The position numbers and the translations under genes are program-made. A stretch of 64,000 nt of DNA from IMG/VR virus record IMGVR_UViG_2909979649_000004. One strand, 5' to 3'. Shown here one piece after another: positions 19,278-29,270 of the stretch. Below the pieces are notes generated by a model. That model did no database searches, was not told the origin of the DNA, and was given only the letters and a program-made list of their open reading frames with translations. Each line of letters starts with the position of its first letter. Within the stretch, counting starts at the first letter, position 1. The DNA comes from a virus (taxonomy: Duplodnaviria; Caudoviricetes).

Positions 19278-20747
19278 CCTAATAAATCCGCTAAGTCTGC
19301 AAGTTGTAAGGCAGGTGTCGTTGTGGTTGGTGATTGGTTAGGAGAAATGATTAAGCTGTTATCATCCCAGTGAGCCGCCCAGCCCGGTGGCTGTTGCCAA
19401 TTAAGCTTGTGGGCGTTGAGCTTTAATAAACAGCCCATGTTGTACACCAATAAATCCCAGGCTTCGTTAGGGGCTTTATCCATCACTTTGCACCAACGGC
19501 CTTTCGCATCCCGGGCTTCATTGGTGAGTTCTTCAAAAAAGGCTTTAGGAAGCCAGTCTGGAAAGTGAATATAGTCGGCACCGGGTTCATCCCGTTCTAA
19601 TGCATTACTCACCGAATCTTTAATTAAATTGGTATTGAGTAAATACAGGGGAATGTCCCCTTGAATAAATGCTTTACGTTGTTGCCGGTTGCGATTATCC
19701 GGGAAGGTTGCTTGAATGCGTGGTGCACCCTCACGGCCAGTGCCTTTAATTAAAATCAAGCGATGGGTTAATTGCTGGCTTTTTAAATACCGGTAAAACT
19801 CATAGGCTTTATCGGTCACCCCATCTTCGCCCCCACTGTCACAGGCGACTAATTTAATTTGCATTAAACGACCGGAATTATCCGCTAAGGGATAGGTTTT
19901 ATTGATGACTTGATCAACCAGGCAATGCCAGTCTTCTTTAAAAGCGGCGGGGTTTAATGGGTAAGGTTTACCTTTATGGTCTAGCCGCTGGGACTGGTCA
20001 ATACTAAATCGATCAATCACCCAACCTTCAAATTCTTTTCCCCAGCCAATAACCTGCACGACAAAACGCTTTTGTTTACCGCCCTGCACATCAATGGCGG
20101 CGGTTAAAAAGCGGACGCCTTCAGGCACGACGTGTTCACCTAAGTTTTCCTGGCGATCCATTAAGGCTTCAGCGGTTCGAAATTCGGTGTTGTGTCGATA
20201 ACGATAGGGTTTACCTAAATCTAAGTTGGTCCAACTTTTTAATTTTTCTTGGCTACCAGTATGCTCATATTCTTGTTCAGCCAATAAATACTGGTACACC
20301 AAGTTCTGCCAAGTTTGAAAACCGGCGGCGGGACCTTCTAACCAAAAAGTGGCCATTTTAGAAGAACGGCTTTCGCCGTGTTTATGGCCTGTTTTATCCA
20401 GCCATTCGCCTTCTTTTAGCCAACGACCGGTTTGATTCAGTGTAAATTTTTGCTCAGGGCGTATTACCCCTTGGCAATGAGGGCAGCGCATGACTACCGA
20501 CTCTGAGGCTTTCACTAAGTCAGCTTGCTCCACCCAATGCAGGTGATCAAAGATCGGTTGAAACCATTCTAAGCACACGTCATTAGGACATTGCCAATAA
20601 TAACGACGCCGGTCGCCCATGTTATACAGGCTTAAAATACCTTGGGTCGGTGGGGATTCATGAGTGGTGGTGGGTTGCCATTTTGGGTCCAGCACTTCCC
20701 AACCGGGTGAGGATTCCACCAGGGTTTTACCTGCACTCATAAAAGTT

Positions 20748-21778
20748 CCTAATTATCATCATACCTAAGCTATATTTAGTAGCTTACCTGGTAGTGGAGG
20801 TGTTCTCAGTGCTACAAATGCTAGCCTAGGAATAAATTCTACTAAGCTAAATCTTCGATTAAATCGATACTGAAATTCAGCAAGATAACGTTGTGCATAT
20901 TTAGCGCGAATAGCATGATAAGTACTACGTAAAGCACTTTTTAAGTTTCCAAGGATGGTGTTAACCCAATAAAATTCAGGTTCCTCTACTGATGCACGAC
21001 CACCACCGCATACAATTTTATCATGAAGACAACCTGCTTCTATGACACCATTAAAACAGGCCAGTCCATCGGAGATTACGGTACTGCCCTTGGCCAAATT
21101 CTGCCTACTCCAAGCCGTTATCTCTTCTTTATTAAACCCTTTTAAAATGCTCAGTTTAATTCGTGTCGGTTGACCTTGTTTTGTTGTTTCTACGGCTGCT
21201 ACAAAAGGTATTTTCCCATCTGCTCCCCTACCTCTTTTGCAACCTGTACGCTCACCACCAAGATAGGCATCATCAATTTCAATAAAACCCGACAATTGCT
21301 TGGTGCCTTCTCTTTCTTGCATCACTTTCATGAGCTTATGTTTCATTCTCCAGGCAGCTTGATAGGAAATACCTAAATGGCGATGTAATTCTATGGCTGA
21401 TATACCTTTTTTGTCTTGGGAGATCAAATACATCCCTTGGAACCAAGTCTTTAATGGTAATTTGGTTGATTCAAAGATAGTACCTGCAGTTACAGATGTT
21501 TGCTGGTGACATTTATAGCACTGCTGAAGCTTTCTAGTAGTGAGTTGACAGCATTTGTCGTATCCACAATTGGGGCACTGAAAACCTTCTGGCCATCGCA
21601 ATTTGTATAAGGTATTAAAGCATTGTTCTTCTGTACCATATTGTTTGAGAAACTCGTTTAAACTCAGGCCTTTTTGAAATTGAACTTTGTTGATAGCCAT
21701 TATTTATACCTTCTCAATTAAGTTTCCATGCTGTTCAAATATACAGCAGTTAATGGCTTAGGTATAGTGATAATTAGG
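20748..21778 (-). mobile_element. IS1595-family insertion sequence (1031 bp)
   Basis: 23-bp IRs cctaattatcatcatacctaagc / cctaattatcactatacctaagc; 8-bp TSD TAAAAGTT at 20740-20747 and 21779-21786. Confidence 0.95.
20765..21700 (-). CDS. IS1595-family DDE transposase
   Basis: RWPEGFQCPNC..C..C zinc ribbon, GTIFE.TKLPL, EIDDAYLGG, ISDG, YLAEFQYRFNRR. Confidence 0.95.
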   Translation of the reverse strand: MAINKVQFQKGLSLNEFLKQYGTEEQCFNTLYKLRWPEGFQCPNCGYDKCCQLTTRKLQQCYKCHQQTSVTAGTIFESTKLPLKTWFQGMYLISQDKKGISAIELHRHLGISYQAAWRMKHKLMKVMQEREGTKQLSGFIEIDDAYLGGERTGCKRGRGADGKIPFVAAVETTKQGQPTRIKLSILKGFNKEEITAWSRQNLAKGSTVISDGLACFNGVIEAGCLHDKIVCGGGRASVEEPEFYWVNTILGNLKSALRSTYHAIRAKYAQRYLAEFQYRFNRRFSLVEFIPRLAFVALRTPPLPGKLLNIA

Positions 21779-22365
21779 TAAAAGTTTGAGTCCGCTTTTT
21801 CGCTAAGGTATAAGGGTCACCTTCTTTATCCACATTCGCAGGCAAGCGATCATAGTCCGTTAAGGCCACATAACGATAATCCGAACTGGATAATACATTA
21901 ATCGTTGGCCAGCCAATTTTTAAATAATTACCCGGTTTAAAAATAATATCGTGGACATTATTGTCATGCCGCCGGCTGGAGCATTGATTGCGTAAATTCG
22001 GACTAGCATAAATAGTCCGGCGAATGCGCTTTTTAGAATACTCTTGCGCTTTTTCTTTGGCGAGCTGCACAATCAACATGTCAGCGGGCTCAATCATAAT
22101 CACATAGGCCATCCAGCCTTCAATCAGCGCATTGGTTTTTCCACAACGGGCCGGGCCAACAAAGACCACCGATTCATAATCCCGTTGATTGAGGCAATTT
22201 AATACTTCCACTAAATAGGGGATAGCATCCGTTGTCCAAGGTTGGCTACTACCAGCAGCCCCCGGTATCCATAAGTTTTCTTGGATGGCTTGGGTTACGG
22301 TTAGCCGTCGTGGAGGCTTAAATAAACACGCCACTTCTTTGCGAATTTGCTCGGCAGAAGCAAAG

Positions 22366-22819
22366 TTATTTAATTCGGTCATACAGGGATTGGCGTATAC
22401 CATCAGTGATCACCTGTACCTGACTCAATGCCTCAGCAGATAATTGGCAATTACGTTCTAGTTGATCGGGTAAGGTTTCCAGTTGTTGATTAACAGTAGA
22501 CACCACTTGATGTAATTCGCGGCGAACATCTTCCACCGGGACGAGTTTTTTTTTCACGTTCGAGTAAGGTCAGTTTTTCATTTTCGGAGCGAAACCACTC
22601 ATTACGCTCACGGGGTGTCATTTGTTCGATCGGTTTTAGGCTATTACCATTGGCCGCATTGAATAACACAGGACCCACGACATCAGAGGGATACACATCA
22701 TAACCCCGACGTTTACCCACGGGTTGCACGTTGGCCATATCCAAACGTCTCGATACCGTTTTACGGCACATGCCAAAATACGCGGCCATTTCGCTAATTG
22801 ACCAGTTCTGAGGTCCCAC
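22366..22819 (-). pseudogene. Terminase small subunit (Nu1/DUF1441-like), frameshifted at A9
   Basis: HTH N-terminus and ERNEWFRSENE in one frame; LVPVEDV..LETLPDQLER in another; deleting one A of the run at 22546-22554 joins them. Confidence 0.8.
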
Positions 22820-23100
22820 ACTGAGAGTACGCCCTAGATAAGATTGCTTGAAAGGCCCGAGTTAGAGGGGCTGAACCCCTACTGGTGCTGCGGCGTAGGG
22901 AGCTGGATTTTTACGCAAGAACCGCGACCTAGCGGCGTGGCCCGAATTTAAAGGGCTATAGAAGGACCCGTCACTAACATAGCGACAAGTGTCGTGTAAT
23001 AGTGAATTAATTTTAGTGTTCAATTGAGTCATTTAGAATAATTAAATAAAGAATAAATAAATACAACCAATAATACCCATCGCATAATTAAATCCTTAAT

Positions 23101-23123
23101 AAAAAAAGCCCACCGAAGTGGGC
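23101..23123 (-). terminator. Intrinsic terminator after antirepressor gene
   Basis: GCCCAC-ttcg-GTGGGC-T7 on minus strand. Confidence 0.8.
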
Positions 23124-23139
23124 AACATTCCATTCCAAT

Positions 23140-23859
23140 TTAGGCGACTAACCGTTGATTCCATAATGCTTTTAATTCCCTCAGTCCTTTACCCGTAATT
23201 AATGCCGTGACGGCTTGTTTTAACCCTTGGGTAGGATGGTCAAACTCACTTAATTTAACGTCAAGATAGCCTTTTTCAATTAATCGTTGATAAGGCTCAT
23301 TAAAATAGGTGACCCATTTAATATCACGTAAGAACTTAAATAATCGATTACGTCCCGTGCCCATAATCTTAGCTGCTTCGGCTATGGTAATAGCATCATC
23401 CGATTGAGTGACTTGATCATGAAACTCGGCTTTAGGGGTTAGCACTTCAATTTGTTTAGTTTGCTCTTGCACTTTTTCAAGTGACTGAACTAATAACCCT
23501 GCTATTTGCCCCGTATTAGACCAATCAATTTGAGCGACACCATAACTGCCTGTTTTGCGAATACTGGGCAGGACTTCATTCGTTACCCATTTTTTGAACG
23601 TTTTTGCCTCAGGGCGACGTCTTTTAAGGATGGCTGAGTAGAGACCGGATTCATTAATAACCTGTAATGCCTGGTCTCCACCAAGGGTCCCCACAATCTG
23701 GCGACCCTTTTCATCGTCATCTAAGTTGCGTGTCATTTTATACGCTTCAGAGTAGCCAAGAACTTTAGCTATATCAGTCGCCACAAACCAAGGCTCACCA
23801 TCTTTATTAATAACGCGAACGGCGGATGAACCAAATTGAAATGGAATTAAATCATTCAT
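23140..23859 (-). CDS. Phage antirepressor (BRO-N + KilAC)
   Basis: GEPWFVA.D, INESGLY, FKKWVT.EVLPSIRKTGSY; PKAEF.D..GRNRLFKFLR..ITGKG. Confidence 0.92.
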   Translation of the reverse strand: MNDLIPFQFGSSAVRVINKDGEPWFVATDIAKVLGYSEAYKMTRNLDDDEKGRQIVGTLGGDQALQVINESGLYSAILKRRRPEAKTFKKWVTNEVLPSIRKTGSYGVAQIDWSNTGQIAGLLVQSLEKVQEQTKQIEVLTPKAEFHDQVTQSDDAITIAEAAKIMGTGRNRLFKFLRDIKWVTYFNEPYQRLIEKGYLDVKLSEFDHPTQGLKQAVTALITGKGLRELKALWNQRLVA

Positions 23860-24126
23860 TTATGAACTCTCTTTTTATTGCTTTAGGAAATGTCCAGCAG
23901 GTTGGACGATGGAAAAAGTAATTATGATTAGACTAAATAGAAATTAAGTTATTTTAAATATCTATTTCACAGGAATTTTGATAGTAAGTTAATGATTTTT
24001 AATGAAATTTGTTTTTTTAAATTTAATTGAAATACTTCAAATTTGTGACTACTATAACATTCTCAAATGAGCAAATATGGTCATTTCAACCCCTTCCTTA
24101 AGTATCCTACCAGTAAGGAAATCGTT

Positions 24127-24417
24127 ATGAAAACAAGCATTTTATGCGCTTTGTTTATGGCTATATTTATCAATCCTTTAACAATATCTGCAGACACTCT
24201 GAGTAAAACTAAGTCAGTTGATCTATTTGCCGGTGACTCTATAGAGACCAATGAAAAAAATAGTAATATATTTTTTGAGTTCAATGGTTCCAGCATTAAA
24301 TCCAAAACAAAGTCTAATTTATATCGTGAGCACAACATCAATAATCGACTTGAAAATCAATTTGATCGAGAAGAAGAGTCAAACCTTAATGTGACATTCA
24401 CCATCCTATTTAACTAG
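24127..24417 (+). CDS. Small exported moron protein
   Basis: SD AAGGA, signal peptide MKTSILCALF..ISA; beta-strand-like C-terminus. Confidence 0.55.
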   Translation: MKTSILCALFMAIFINPLTISADTLSKTKSVDLFAGDSIETNEKNSNIFFEFNGSSIKSKTKSNLYREHNINNRLENQFDREEESNLNVTFTILFN

Positions 24418-24660
24418 GTAATCATGTTCCTGCTTATCATGAGAGTCAGGTAAACCATTCATCTTCTGATAAAACAAAACCGTCTCCCGCTTATCCTGCC
24501 GGTGCTTATATACCCAATTAACAACAACGGTAATCGTAGTCAGAATAATACCAATTATCACACCCCAGTCTTTGAGTGTTAGGCCTGCAATCACAGTGGC
24601 AGCACTGGCGACATAAGGGGCATTGGATATAATTTTTTCAGTTACCATGGGGCTAACCAT
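24406..24660 (-). CDS. Holin (HP1-like)
   Basis: LTL.DWG.IIGI..VNW.YK.R. Confidence 0.8.
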   Translation of the reverse strand: MVSPMVTEKIISNAPYVASAATVIAGLTLKDWGVIIGIILTTITVVVNWVYKHRQDKRETVLFYQKMNGLPDSHDKQEHDYLVK

Positions 24661-25067
24661 TATCGTTGTCGAGCAACACCTTTTAATTTTTCGGCAGTTC
24701 GTTGAGCACCAAGACCTAGTAAGGTAAAGACAAGTGTCATTAATTCACTGGTTTCGATTGTCGGTAGCATGGCTACCACATCAGGGCGATTGGCTAGCGA
24801 CAAACCAATCACTATAAAATCTCGCAATATCCACGCATAAGCCAACAACCCGACACACAACCAACCTAACCCAGGCCGCCAACCTGAAACCCATAATGAT
24901 GGATGCTTGGCTTCTTCTAAATTGGTTAATGCTTGGAGTAAATGCGGTTGGTTGAGAGTTTCTTGGAGTTTTTGCTTAGCGGCTAAGCGTTCTTCGTCTG
25001 AAGTGAATAAGCTATCAAGGCCAGAAACTATAGTGTTGGCAATATTTTCAATTGATATCAATTTCAT
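24660..25067 (-). CDS. 3TM holin-like protein (GTA holin family)
   Basis: LD.LFTSDEER..SGWRP..GW.C..LLGLG..RT.EK. Confidence 0.85.
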   Translation of the reverse strand: MKLISIENIANTIVSGLDSLFTSDEERLAAKQKLQETLNQPHLLQALTNLEEAKHPSLWVSGWRPGLGWLCVGLLAYAWILRDFIVIGLSLANRPDVVAMLPTIETSELMTLVFTLLGLGAQRTAEKLKGVARQR

Positions 25068-25073
25068 GGGAAT

Positions 25074-25103
25074 AAAAAAGCCAAGACAGGTTAGCCTTGG
25101 CTT
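25074..25103 (-). terminator. Intrinsic terminator after S74 genes
   Basis: AAGCCAAG..CTTGGCTT followed by T run on minus strand. Confidence 0.7.
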
Positions 25104-25134
25104 ATTTTGGAGTGGAATCAGATTGTAATCGGTT

Positions 25135-25596
25135 TTAAAGGCCTAAATCTTCGCGTAGCTTTTTGTTCTCTTGTTTCAACTCTTTCACTGCTTCGATTAA
25201 AACACCAACTAATCCAGCATAGTTAACTTGTTTAAGTGTCACTTCAGCGCCATTCTTATCTGTGACTTTGACATTATGAACTAGCTCAGGAAATGCTTTT
25301 TCTACATCCTGAGCAATTACACCAATATCTTTTCCTTGGGGAAGGTGTTCGATATCAGTCTCTTCAGGACTTTTCCACTCAAATTTTACACCTTTGAGTT
25401 GGCTAACCTTATCTAGGGCTTGATCAATTTTAGCTTGATTCTTTTTCAACGTTGAATCACTAAAACGCATGAAATTAGGCTTTGATAAGCACTCACTATA
25501 AGCATTTCCTGATAAATGTTTACACATCTCATGTGAGCCTGCTTGAGATGCAGTAGCAAGTGAAGCAAAAAAAATGGTAGTAAATAGTTTTTTCAA
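25135..25596 (-). CDS. Secreted peptide precursor with C-terminal S74 (intramolecular chaperone/autocleavage) domain
   Basis: TTG start at 25596; 19-aa signal (..ASQA), 26-aa two-Cys segment, then SDSTLK..DIGVIAQDVE..PELV..VNY.GL..LIEAVKEL. Confidence 0.8.
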   Translation of the reverse strand: MKKLFTTIFFASLATASQAGSHEMCKHLSGNAYSECLSKPNFMRFSDSTLKKNQAKIDQALDKVSQLKGVKFEWKSPEETDIEHLPQGKDIGVIAQDVEKAFPELVHNVKVTDKNGAEVTLKQVNYAGLVGVLIEAVKELKQENKKLREDLGL

Positions 25597-25660
25597 AGTA
25601 GTTCGCCCGTACTTTATTTGTATCAATTATTCTAACTTATAAAATAGCTAATTAGATCAC

Positions 25661-26053
25661 TTATAATCCAAATTGATCTCTCAAGACTTGATTCTCCTTC
25701 TTAAGCTCCTTGACAGCCTCAATTAAAACTCCAACAAGCCCAGCATAGTTAACCTGTTTGAAAGTTTTTTCTGTACCACTTTCATCTGTAACTTTGGAAT
25801 TATGAACCAGCTCAGGAAATACTTTTTCTACATCCTGGGCAATTACACCAATGTCCTTTTGGCTATTTTTTTTCCACTCAAAATTTACACCATTTAGTTG
25901 TGATACTTTATCTAGTGAGTTTTCGACAGGAGTAATATTTTGTTTAAGGTTGCGATCACTCCATACTCCCCGACCACATTCCCAACCTTGACAATATGCA
26001 TGAGAAAAAGTTGAAACAGAAGTTAGCACAATAGTAGCAATTATTTTTTTCAT
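25661..26053 (-). CDS. Secreted peptide precursor with C-terminal S74 domain (paralogue)
   Basis: 19-aa signal (..SHA), YCQGWECGRGVW, then SDRNLKQNI..GVIAQDVEKVFPELV..VNYAGL. Confidence 0.85.
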   Translation of the reverse strand: MKKIIATIVLTSVSTFSHAYCQGWECGRGVWSDRNLKQNITPVENSLDKVSQLNGVNFEWKKNSQKDIGVIAQDVEKVFPELVHNSKVTDESGTEKTFKQVNYAGLVGVLIEAVKELKKENQVLRDQFGL

Positions 26054-26234
26054 AATAGTTCATCCGTACATTATTTATACCAAGTGTTACGGCGATGTAT
26101 CATAGCAAAGAAAAATAAATGTATCGTAAACTATTGTAATAATTTGTATCAAAACATTTCTTCTTAACACCTATAAAAGTCCATTTCATTATTTTTATTT
26201 GGACTTGCATCCAAAGTCAGATCAATATAAGTAA

Positions 26235-26627
26235 TTAATGTGCTTTATTTATTTTCCACCACTCTCCCACGTCAAAATTAGGACAAGTCTTACCCGCGTC
26301 TAAATCACAATGCCCAACCACCTCAGCATTAGGGTATTTAATGTGCCAGTCGATAATCACTTTCTCTAAGCTATCAAACTGAGCATCGGTAAACTGGTCT
26401 CTACCAATTAAACAAACACCTAAGCTATGGCTATTATGACCTTTAACATGTGCCCCGACCCAGTATTCAGGCCGACCATTTTCGATAGTGCCATCACGTT
26501 TAATCACTTTATGGTAACCAATACCTGACCAGCCTCGTTCAATGTGCCAGTGGTGAATATCATCTGCTGATATATCTCTATCATTTGGCGTATCAGAACA
26601 ATGGACAATGAGTTTAGTAATTATCAT
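26235..26627 (-). CDS. Endolysin, N-acetylmuramoyl-L-alanine amidase (T7 lysozyme-like)
   Basis: IVHCS..HWH..GW..IGYH..GAHVKGHN..GH..KTCP.FD. Confidence 0.95.
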   Translation of the reverse strand: MIITKLIVHCSDTPNDRDISADDIHHWHIERGWSGIGYHKVIKRDGTIENGRPEYWVGAHVKGHNSHSLGVCLIGRDQFTDAQFDSLEKVIIDWHIKYPNAEVVGHCDLDAGKTCPNFDVGEWWKINKAH

Positions 26628-26730
26628 TTAGTTTATTTAAGTATATATTATGGTGTATTTGTGAAAGATGTAGATCATCATGTTATTACATAATACATCA
26701 CAATGAGTTAACTAATATTAGGGAGCTAAC

Positions 26731-27312
26731 GTGAACATACTATCAAAGGCTTGCTTGACATCGTTGTTAATACTGGCAAGTCTACATTCAACAAGTCAGG
26801 AAAGAATTCAGACTCCAAAAGTGTGGAAAATGACTTATAGTGTACTCGATTCAAAACAGGCAGCAGATTTCTGCATCAATATATTAGGTATGGATAAAAT
26901 ATCCATACCTGACCCTACTCTTGCTAAAGGTCGGTCATGGGTTCGTTTTCCTGATTCAGGATTAGAGCTTCATTTTGTCGATGCTAAAACCCGGTATGGA
27001 CATAATAAAACTAAGGAGTTTTATCAATATATAGATGCGTTAGATCAAGATATGACTGTTTTTACTACATTTATGGATAATCATGGCGCTATATTAGTTG
27101 AGGACTTAAACCCATATCTAACTAAGCTAACAAAAAACAATATACCATTTTTAGGACCAGTAAGAAGAGCCGATGGTGTTTACCAACTTTATATTGAAGT
27201 GCCTGGTCATATGTACCTAGAATTAGATTCTAAAAAAGTACCTAACAAAGAATTTCCTACCACAACTTGGGATAAGGTGCCTTTTTCTCCAGTGGAAAAA
27301 AGTAAGTCTTAG
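26731..27312 (+). CDS. Exported VOC/glyoxalase-like moron protein
   Basis: Signal peptide; SV.D..A.DF..ILG, ELHF, H.AILVEDL, QLYI..PG..LEL. Confidence 0.6.
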   Translation: MNILSKACLTSLLILASLHSTSQERIQTPKVWKMTYSVLDSKQAADFCINILGMDKISIPDPTLAKGRSWVRFPDSGLELHFVDAKTRYGHNKTKEFYQYIDALDQDMTVFTTFMDNHGAILVEDLNPYLTKLTKNNIPFLGPVRRADGVYQLYIEVPGHMYLELDSKKVPNKEFPTTTWDKVPFSPVEKSKS

Positions 27313-27346
27313 AACGAAAAAAGCCCTGTCTTCTGATAGGGCTTTT
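27313..27346. terminator. Bidirectional terminator
   Basis: AAAAAAGCCCTGTC-ttct-GATAGGGCTTTT. Confidence 0.8.
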
Positions 27347-27383
27347 CAACTAAATTTATAGTTAATATGACTCTACATCTGGC

Positions 27384-28019
27384 TTACTCTACCGTTTCAA
27401 AAGGTAGTTCGTATGAGTTTCCAAAAATCGCATGATTTACTCCATCTACAGAAAAATTAATTAAATCTATTGGCTCTGCTTCAATTCCAGGATCAAACTC
27501 GTACGGAGGGAGATAAGGTAAAAAGTACAAAAAATTACCAGCTTCTTTAGATGCTGCAGCCAGCTCTTCATAGCTTGTATATCCGTAAATGCTTTCTACT
27601 TTGAAATAGTCTGGGATTTTGATCTCACCACTAAATTCTTTTGCTGAGCAGTACTCTAAAGCTCTAAGCAGGCGAATGAATGGAAGGCCAAATCCTGCTT
27701 CTACATCGCCTTCAGTCAAGCCATCAATAGACACCTTATTATCTTTTAATACAGATAACTTAAATGACGTATAATTATCTGAGCTGCTCTTATAGATAGA
27801 GGTTTGCTTTATCAACAAGAGTTCACCATCATCACCTAAACACATCTTAGGTGTTTTAAGAGAGTAGAGGTTGTCTCCAGGTTGTATGTTATTTAAGTTA
27901 GGTAACATATTACTTCCAGTCAGCTCCCACTTTTCAGTTGGTGCATCTTTGGGAACTTTAAATTGTGCTATTGCAGACGTACTAAGAATCAGTAGAGAAA
28001 TAAGTAAATGCTTTAGCAT
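27384..28019 (-). CDS. Exported hypothetical moron protein
   Basis: Signal peptide ending AIA; 211 aa. Confidence 0.65.
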   Translation of the reverse strand: MLKHLLISLLILSTSAIAQFKVPKDAPTEKWELTGSNMLPNLNNIQPGDNLYSLKTPKMCLGDDGELLLIKQTSIYKSSSDNYTSFKLSVLKDNKVSIDGLTEGDVEAGFGLPFIRLLRALEYCSAKEFSGEIKIPDYFKVESIYGYTSYEELAAASKEAGNFLYFLPYLPPYEFDPGIEAEPIDLINFSVDGVNHAIFGNSYELPFETVE

Positions 28020-28086
28020 GATATAGATTTTCCTTTTAGTATCCAGAACGAAAAAGCCCCGACAATGCAGGGCCTCTTCAAGTAGA

Positions 28087-28422
28087 CTAGTTAATAATGG
28101 TGGTGTAGTGTATACCAGCTTGGTCGTAAAGCTCTTTAGCTACTGCATTATACCCAAAAAACTCAGTGATTTTTTCTAAGCTATCTTCTACATGTGCCCA
28201 CTCAGATACATGATGAAATGGTTTATATAATATGGCCTTTATATGCGCTACATATTTACCTTCAAGGCTTTTAAATAGCCTATATGTTTCTTCACTACAT
28301 TCACCGCCTTGTACAAGATGTCCTGACGCAAAGCCCATCATTTTACCTTTTACTTGTAAGTTAAGGTCATTAGATTGAATAAGAACAAAAGTGTTTTCAT
28401 CAGACACTAAGTCGTGTTGCAT
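28087..28422 (-). CDS. Hypothetical protein
   Basis: 111-aa ORF with SD, flanked by terminators. Confidence 0.65.
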   Translation of the reverse strand: MQHDLVSDENTFVLIQSNDLNLQVKGKMMGFASGHLVQGGECSEETYRLFKSLEGKYVAHIKAILYKPFHHVSEWAHVEDSLEKITEFFGYNAVAKELYDQAGIHYTTIIN

Positions 28423-28558
28423 GTAAGTAATACCTTTTTACTTTTCAAAAGACATAAAAAAAGCCTTAACGATGTAAGGCTTGGTGAGACTTCAATTGTG
28501 GTACTGCAGATTAGGCGTATTGCTTGTGCTTAAGGGAGCATAAAAGTTGTTAGCCTGA

Positions 28559-28591
28559 AACGAAAAAAGCCCCGTCATTTGACAGGGCTTT
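28559..28591 (-). terminator. First terminator downstream of Q (tR'-like)
   Basis: GCCCTGTC-aaat-GACGGGGC-T6 on minus strand; related hairpins at 28456-28482 and 28047-28073. Confidence 0.75.
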
Positions 28592-28669
28592 CTTAACTGA
28601 GCATTTTTACTTTTCTTTAGGCAATATCTTTAAGCCTGGGAAAAGTATATATCCAACATAGCACCCTGG

Positions 28670-29263
28670 TCAACAACTTTTTTCAAATAAATAGCAAAAA
28701 AGTTGATGATTCACTTTTTTATCCCAACTATGAAGTTCATCCAAGCATTCTAAATAACGGGCATGCCATGTTTGACACCAACTTTTATAAGTAATACAAC
28801 ATTTTTCGGCGAGTTCTGCTTTAGTAAGTGCTCTTTTTCCATTTGAACATCGACACTTACGTGTAAAGCTTTTATGTTGATATACACCAGTGCCATTGCA
28901 TGTCTGACAAGTGTTCTCAAAAATGACTTCGTTAATCATTTGTCTAGCAAACTGAAGAAAAAAGAACAGTGACTTTTTCTTATCAGTTGGCCACGGTTCA
29001 CGCCACTTTTCATTAATCCCCTTTGTGATAATGAACTGCTGAGTCAATTTATCGAGTTCGTGTATAACTGTCTTATCATTGTTGTACTTTACTAGTCCTA
29101 ATAAATACGCCTCACGTGGTAAGTCTCCCATTCCAAGTGCCGCCGCGACATCTTCAGGGGTTAACGTTGGCATTCCACCAGGTACACCTTCATATTTAAC
29201 CGACTTAGGTGTTAATAAGGTCATTGCACTCATCTTTATATACTCTTCGTCGTTTCGGGTCAT
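28670..29263 (-). CDS. Late antitermination protein Q (lambda-type)
   Basis: LTPEDVAAALGM, CQTCNGTG..CRC..G zinc finger, W..TW..Y; upstream of lysis genes. Confidence 0.85.
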   Translation of the reverse strand: MTRNDEEYIKMSAMTLLTPKSVKYEGVPGGMPTLTPEDVAAALGMGDLPREAYLLGLVKYNNDKTVIHELDKLTQQFIITKGINEKWREPWPTDKKKSLFFFLQFARQMINEVIFENTCQTCNGTGVYQHKSFTRKCRCSNGKRALTKAELAEKCCITYKSWCQTWHARYLECLDELHSWDKKVNHQLFCYLFEKSC

Positions 29264-29270
29264 TAAACAC

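Larger units (their letters stand above)
19274..22403 (-). pseudogene. Terminase large subunit (lambda gpA family) interrupted by IS
   Basis: N-part has GPARCGKT and DYDR; removing the IS and one TSD rejoins KKRTQTF-MSAGKTLVESSPG in frame; C-part has AIDVQ, DSGG, NEAWD. Confidence 0.93.
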
